Shown piece after piece: positions 59,292 to 64,000 of a stretch of 64,000 nt of DNA. Numbering within the stretch: the first letter of the stretch is position 1; every line of letters starts with the position of its first letter. Source of the DNA: Amphiscolops sp. MND2022 (Eukaryota); NCBI GenBank assembly GCA_964187785.1, contig OZ076412.1, positions 37,014,001 to 37,078,000 of the forward strand, given 5' to 3'. The notes beneath the pieces were generated by a model. That model saw nothing but the letters and a program-made list of their open reading frames with translations, made no database searches and was not told where the DNA came from. The translations under genes were made by a program, and so were the position numbers.

Positions 59292-62270
59292 ATGATGATG
59301 AAACTTTTGATTTTACAAATCACAATATCGATTGCAACTCCAACATTAAATTTCATGCTTCAAGAAAATACTGATGGGTTGAAACATAAATGGTCTCACC
59401 ATGTGAGCCACCAGTTACCAAACACTAAACCTCATTATTGGGACCACCTAGTGCTACTGATCCGCGCTGGTGACATAGAACAAAATCCCGGTCCATGCCG
59501 AAAATACAAGTTCATTTGCGAAACCATTCTCCAAAATAAACACAAAATTAAATATGTTAATATTAATTGTCAAAGTTTGACCCAGAAACGAACCCAAATT
59601 GAAACACTCTTAATATACCGTGTACGGTTTCACTGAAACATGGCTCAAAGATCACGACCATGTGAAACTCTGGGAATTGAAAACAGACCATTTTGAAACA
59701 TTTCGAAATGACAGAAAAACAAAAAAAGGTGGAGGGATTATCCTCCTAGTGCCAAAATCTTTACATCCGAAAGAATGAAAAGACCTCAATCATCTAAATC
59801 AGAAGGTATTTGAAAGTCTATGGGTTGAATGTAGCCTGAACAACAACTCATCAATGAAACGAAAACAACTTATCAATATCAGTTACAATCCACAAAAGTC
59901 TCTTACTGATGCTTTTCTTGAAGAACTATCTAGTGTATCGACTATGCAGTTGTCGAGAATAAACCCATCACGTTGATGGGTGATTATAACATCAACTATC
60001 TCAACCCCACAGAGAAACAATGCCTAGACACAATTACAGTCCCTTATGGTTTCCGAATATTAAACACATCAAGCCCGAAAAGAATATAAAATAACTAAAA
60101 ATCGTTAATTGACTACATTATTACAGACTTACAATCTAATGAAAACTTTGAAACCATGGTTTGCGATACGCCGCTTAGAACTAGAAAAAACACGGACTTT
60201 GATCATTCAGCTACCGTTTGTATAACTGATATTCAAATGAAATCAAAAAGCAAAGCACTTATAAAAGAGATATTCAACAAATCAAACTACAACAAATACA
60301 CAATATGCGATGTAATAAGTCGTAGTAATTGGGGAATTTTTTTACAATCAAAGCTGCCCCAAAGGAATGTTTACTATTTTCACACAAAATCTTGAAGATG
60401 CTATAAAACAGTGTGTTCCAAAAAAAGCGTTCATAAGAAACGACAAAAGCAACCTTACAATCCACGAAAACTGGGTCAGCCAACAAACAAAAACTTTTCC
60501 GAAAATTAGATAGAAGTATGCACCCTACTGATCAAACCTACTTATCACTTAAACGAGTCTTCCTTGAAAACCTCGAAGCAAACCGCCTTGAAGATCGAAT
60601 AGCAATTTCAACAACCTGACTACTGAAAAGGTCAAATGGACCTAAAGAACTGTTTCGGCGACCATGTAACAGACCAAAAGTAAACTGCAAACCTACTGAA
60701 TTTTCTGTTCTCAAAATCAGGGGACTATATGGGGACTGCTAGACCTTACGATCTGCCAACAGTACACGAAACAAAAATCACAAAAAAGTATTATCGTTTC
60801 AACCTATCAGTTTTATGACTGCAAAAAACAGCTATTATGTCTTAATAAAAATAAACATATAGGACCGTGTAGATTCCTGCATGGGTTCTGAAAGACTGTA
60901 GAAACGTCATTGCTGAGCCCCTTTGTTACCTAATCAATGCCTTCATCAAAAAAGGAAAATTTCCGAATCATTTGAAACACGCTTTGGTAACTCCTATTTA
61001 CAAAAAGGGAGACAGAGAAGACCCATGTAATTATCGACCCATCTCAATAACCCCTGCCTTATCAAAAATTTTTGAAAAAGCTATAAGAAAACAAATGAAT
61101 GATTATCTGGAGGAAAATCAGTTATTAAGCGAGACACAGTTTGGTTTTCGAGCACGTTTTTCAACAACCGATGCATTACTTTTTGCTACTGAAACTATCA
61201 GGAAAAAGTTAGACGATGGCGAAAATGTCGCAGCAGCTTTCTTGGATTTATCAAAAGCTTTCGATTCCATCTCGCATGAAATCTTGTTAAATAAATCAAA
61301 GCAATATAACTTCGACCCGATGTCAATTTCGATGATACGAAGTTTTCTTTCCGAAAGGTACCAAAAAGTAACCCTTCCCAACTGTCACTCAGATTGGATA
61401 AAACTATACCAAGGTGTTCCTCAAGGAACCGCACTCGGTCCATTAGTATTTAACATCTACGTTAATGATATGCAACATGAGGTTCAAAATGACTGCAATC
61501 TTTTGCAATACGCAGATGATACCATGGTGTTCAAATCAGATAGTCATATCCTCAATGCAATAGCCTCACTTGAACAAAATGTGAAGAAATTATTATTCTT
61601 TTTTGAAAGTCACCGGTTGACCATCAATGCTGGCAAGACTGAATTTATAATTTTTTGTAGAAAAGCAAAAACCGATTCGATGAATAAACTAAAACTCAAA
61701 GTTCATAACCAAGTTTTTTCGGCATTTTCTAATGTGAAATATCTCAGTGTTTACCTAGATCAAAACCTAAACTACTAAATCGAGATCAAAAATATCCTCC
61801 GCAAGATGGCACTGGGAATCAAAAGTCTGTACTCTGTACGAGACATATTCCCCCAAAAAACCAGGAAATTGCTTTTAAACGCCCTATTGGTGAGCCACTT
61901 GCACTACTCAGCTATCTTACTCAGCGGAATTTCAGAAAACTTTCTTACCACTTTGGAAAAACAGTTAAATTGGGGAATGAAAACATGTGTTAACTGTTTA
62001 AAATATGATTATTCCTCAGATCTCAAAATTCAGCATAATATCCTTCCAGTCCGATATCTCTTCCAATACAAAAATGCCAACTTCTACAGGAAATGGAAAA
62101 ACAAAAAACTTCCGGCTTTTGCAGGGAAAATGAAATTTCCTACCGGTGACATAAGATCTCACTACGAACCAAGAAAGTCTACTTCAACATCCAATGCAAA
62201 ACTGACTTTCTTAAGAAAAGCTTTTTCAATAAAACAGTACCCATATGGAACGAGTTACCTGACAAGCTAA
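59292..62270 (+). pseudogene. LINE ORF2 (2A-like peptide, APE endonuclease, reverse transcriptase), disrupted
   Basis: Fragments 59292-59636, 60156-60395, 60972-61778, 61806-62270; DIEQNPGP at 59472-59495. Confidence 0.88.
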
Positions 62271-62569
62271 AAATTGGGAAATGTACCTACATAACAACCA
62301 AAAAAATATCAAACAATACTTCTTAAACAAATTGTAAGCCAAAAAGACGAATATGGGAAAAAGTGTTGGAGTGAATATCGCTTTCGATAGATTAACTGTA
62401 TATTTTGCAAAACATAATGATACTCCTACCTCTCTCCTACTTCAATTTTAAAAAAATGTTACAAGACTGTAAAGACACTGCCTTCTGAAAATAAATTACT
62501 ATTTTTTGTCATTTAATAATGAAGGAAATACAGTGTTTTTTTATTAAGGTGTGACCATGTCCGAGACCA

Positions 62570-63290
62570 GTCCATTAGCGAGGCCTTGTTTTCACAAAAT
62601 CATTGTTCAAACAACCCGGATGTATGGGTCAAACCGTTATCCTGCCGGCAAATAGCTGTTTCAAGATCCATGTGTTGAAGACGTTCACCGTTCCGAAAAC
62701 ATCTACGCTGAGAAGTGCGCAAAAAGATAACAGTATTTGCTGCCATCTTTTTTACAGACTTGTCCCACTCCTCGACTCCATGCCAAGTCATGCAGTCCCA
62801 AAACATTCAACTCTCGCCTCTTTACTTGGTCGTTGCGTGCAGATTGTTATCTAGCAAAGCACTATTGGATTTAGTTCAGGTCCACTGTTTCTCATCTGGA
62901 CCCATTGGGTTAGGTTTCGTCTCGTCTCATTAAACTGTTCTTTTGTCCAATAAGCTTTTTTCCAAAAAGTTTATTCGGAGTTTCTGATGTCGTTGATGTA
63001 ATTGTGGTTTCATCTTTTTCCTGATGACTTTAACACCTGCGCGTCTAAGTACTCTGCGGATGTTTTCATGACGCACCAGCTGACCAAGGGTTTTTCTATC
63101 TCGCGAGACGCTGAGACAGTGTTTGTGTTTTCGAACCACTTTTTGTCTGTCAAGTTCCTTCAAAAGGCTTCCTGCTCGTGGCTACGGCACATTATTTCCA
63201 AGGTTCTTTCGCATCCTCGATACTGTTTGATGACTAACTCTCCACATGAAACCCCTGTTTCAATGGGCTTACTATCAAGTTTTTGATGTG
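62570..63290 (-). pseudogene. Tc1-like transposase relic
   Basis: IRRVLRRAGVK..KKMKPQL, MFWDCMTWHGV and RQDNGLTHTS (degenerate QQDNAPxH). Confidence 0.7.
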
Positions 63291-64000
63291 CGCTGGTATT
63301 TTTCAACCTGCGAACAAAAAGTCACTTGATTGTGTTCTTAAGGTAAGCTTCAAAATGTTTTCATTTTTCAAATTACCGAAAACTAAGATCTATTAGAACT
63401 TTTTTCATCACGCAAATTTGTGAAAAGGCGTGATGAAAAAAAAGAAGCAATGGTTTGTATCCGAGTGCTCCTTGAGGTCAAACCGCTCAAATATTGAAAA
63501 CAAAAAACTCCAGTAATTGGTGAAAATTCCTCTATAAAAATACTTTATCAATTAGTGACTTTTTGGAGTTAGGATAATCTGTTGCTATATTTTTATGAAG
63601 TACTGTGTATGAGACTAAAAGGTGCTTTTCGGAACTGTGCTACTTTTTTTCCGGACTTTTTATCATTTCACCAAATGTCTCCTATTTTTTCATGTTTTCA
63701 GTTAAGGCAATTAAATTCACTTTTTTGGAACTTCGTGAGCTTTTTCGGGACAAAAATGTCACTAAATTTGTTCTTCTTTGATGTTTCCAGTTGAGAAATC
63801 CCTTTTCCGATCACAGGAGGCGCCTTTTGGGCTTTTTTGATTCTCTCACTTTAAAAAATATTAAAAACGGCCCTGAGCATCCTTAAAACCCTTTGCGTTT
63901 GTTGAGGTTTGAGCGGTGCGCCCTCGTAAGACGTTTTAGAATTGTTTGCAAAACTAGACGAAGTATTTTTTGAGCCCGAAGAATCCCAGCCGCCCTTGGA

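Larger units (their letters stand above)
58560..62520 (+). mobile_element. Degraded non-LTR retrotransposon (CR1/L2 group) with ORF1 and ORF2
   Basis: ORF1 with SGNH-like blocks; ORF2 with APE motifs (NINCQSL, FTETWL, KGGG, MGDYNIN, LIDYI, DH) and RT motifs (QFGFR, FLDLSKAFD, GVPQGTALGP, YADD), broken by stops and frameshifts. Confidence 0.9.

Noticed and set aside
63400-63441. 14-bp perfect inverted repeat TTTTTTCATCACGC / GCGTGATGAAAAAA
   Set aside because: It sits in an abundant non-coding repeat and cannot be linked to a gene end or element terminus; a bacterial-type terminator makes no sense here.

Overview
This is repeat-dense, AT-rich animal (metazoan) genomic DNA, not prokaryotic; I found no rRNA, intact tRNA or CRISPR. 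The only host gene I can support is a Kv3/Shaw voltage-gated K+ channel: four + strand exons (34337-56070) covering S1 to the start of the C-terminus, with the T1 exons not seen and probably upstream of the window. Almost everything else is transposon-derived. The main element is a young 16.3-kb Ty3/Gypsy LTR retrotransposon (5789-22122) with 2.2-kb near-identical LTRs, a TTATA target duplication, a tRNA-Leu-like PBS, and gag plus -1 frameshifted pol, nested in older Gypsy relics. Two observations stand out. (1) Between pol and the 3' LTR it carries an intact five-exon antisense gene (predicted 1125 aa, four GT-AG phase-1 introns) whose product looks like a catalytically dead hAT transposase with a zinc finger. 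It lies head-to-head with a small sense ORF3, and the LTR U3 holds paired GGCCTG motifs at fixed 12-bp spacing. (2) The intron in the Kv3 S4-S5 linker appears to be a 315-bp hAT-type MITE (TIRs plus 8-bp TSD) turned into a GC-AG intron, i.e. an introner-like event; two neighbouring intron-like inserts also have inverted-repeat ends. Also present: a hAT deletion derivative, a Tc1 (DD34E) element, MITEs, a 3.5-kb tandem duplication and a degraded CR1/L2-type LINE with an SGNH ORF1 and a 2A-like motif. All homology calls are by-eye motif recognition; no searches were run.
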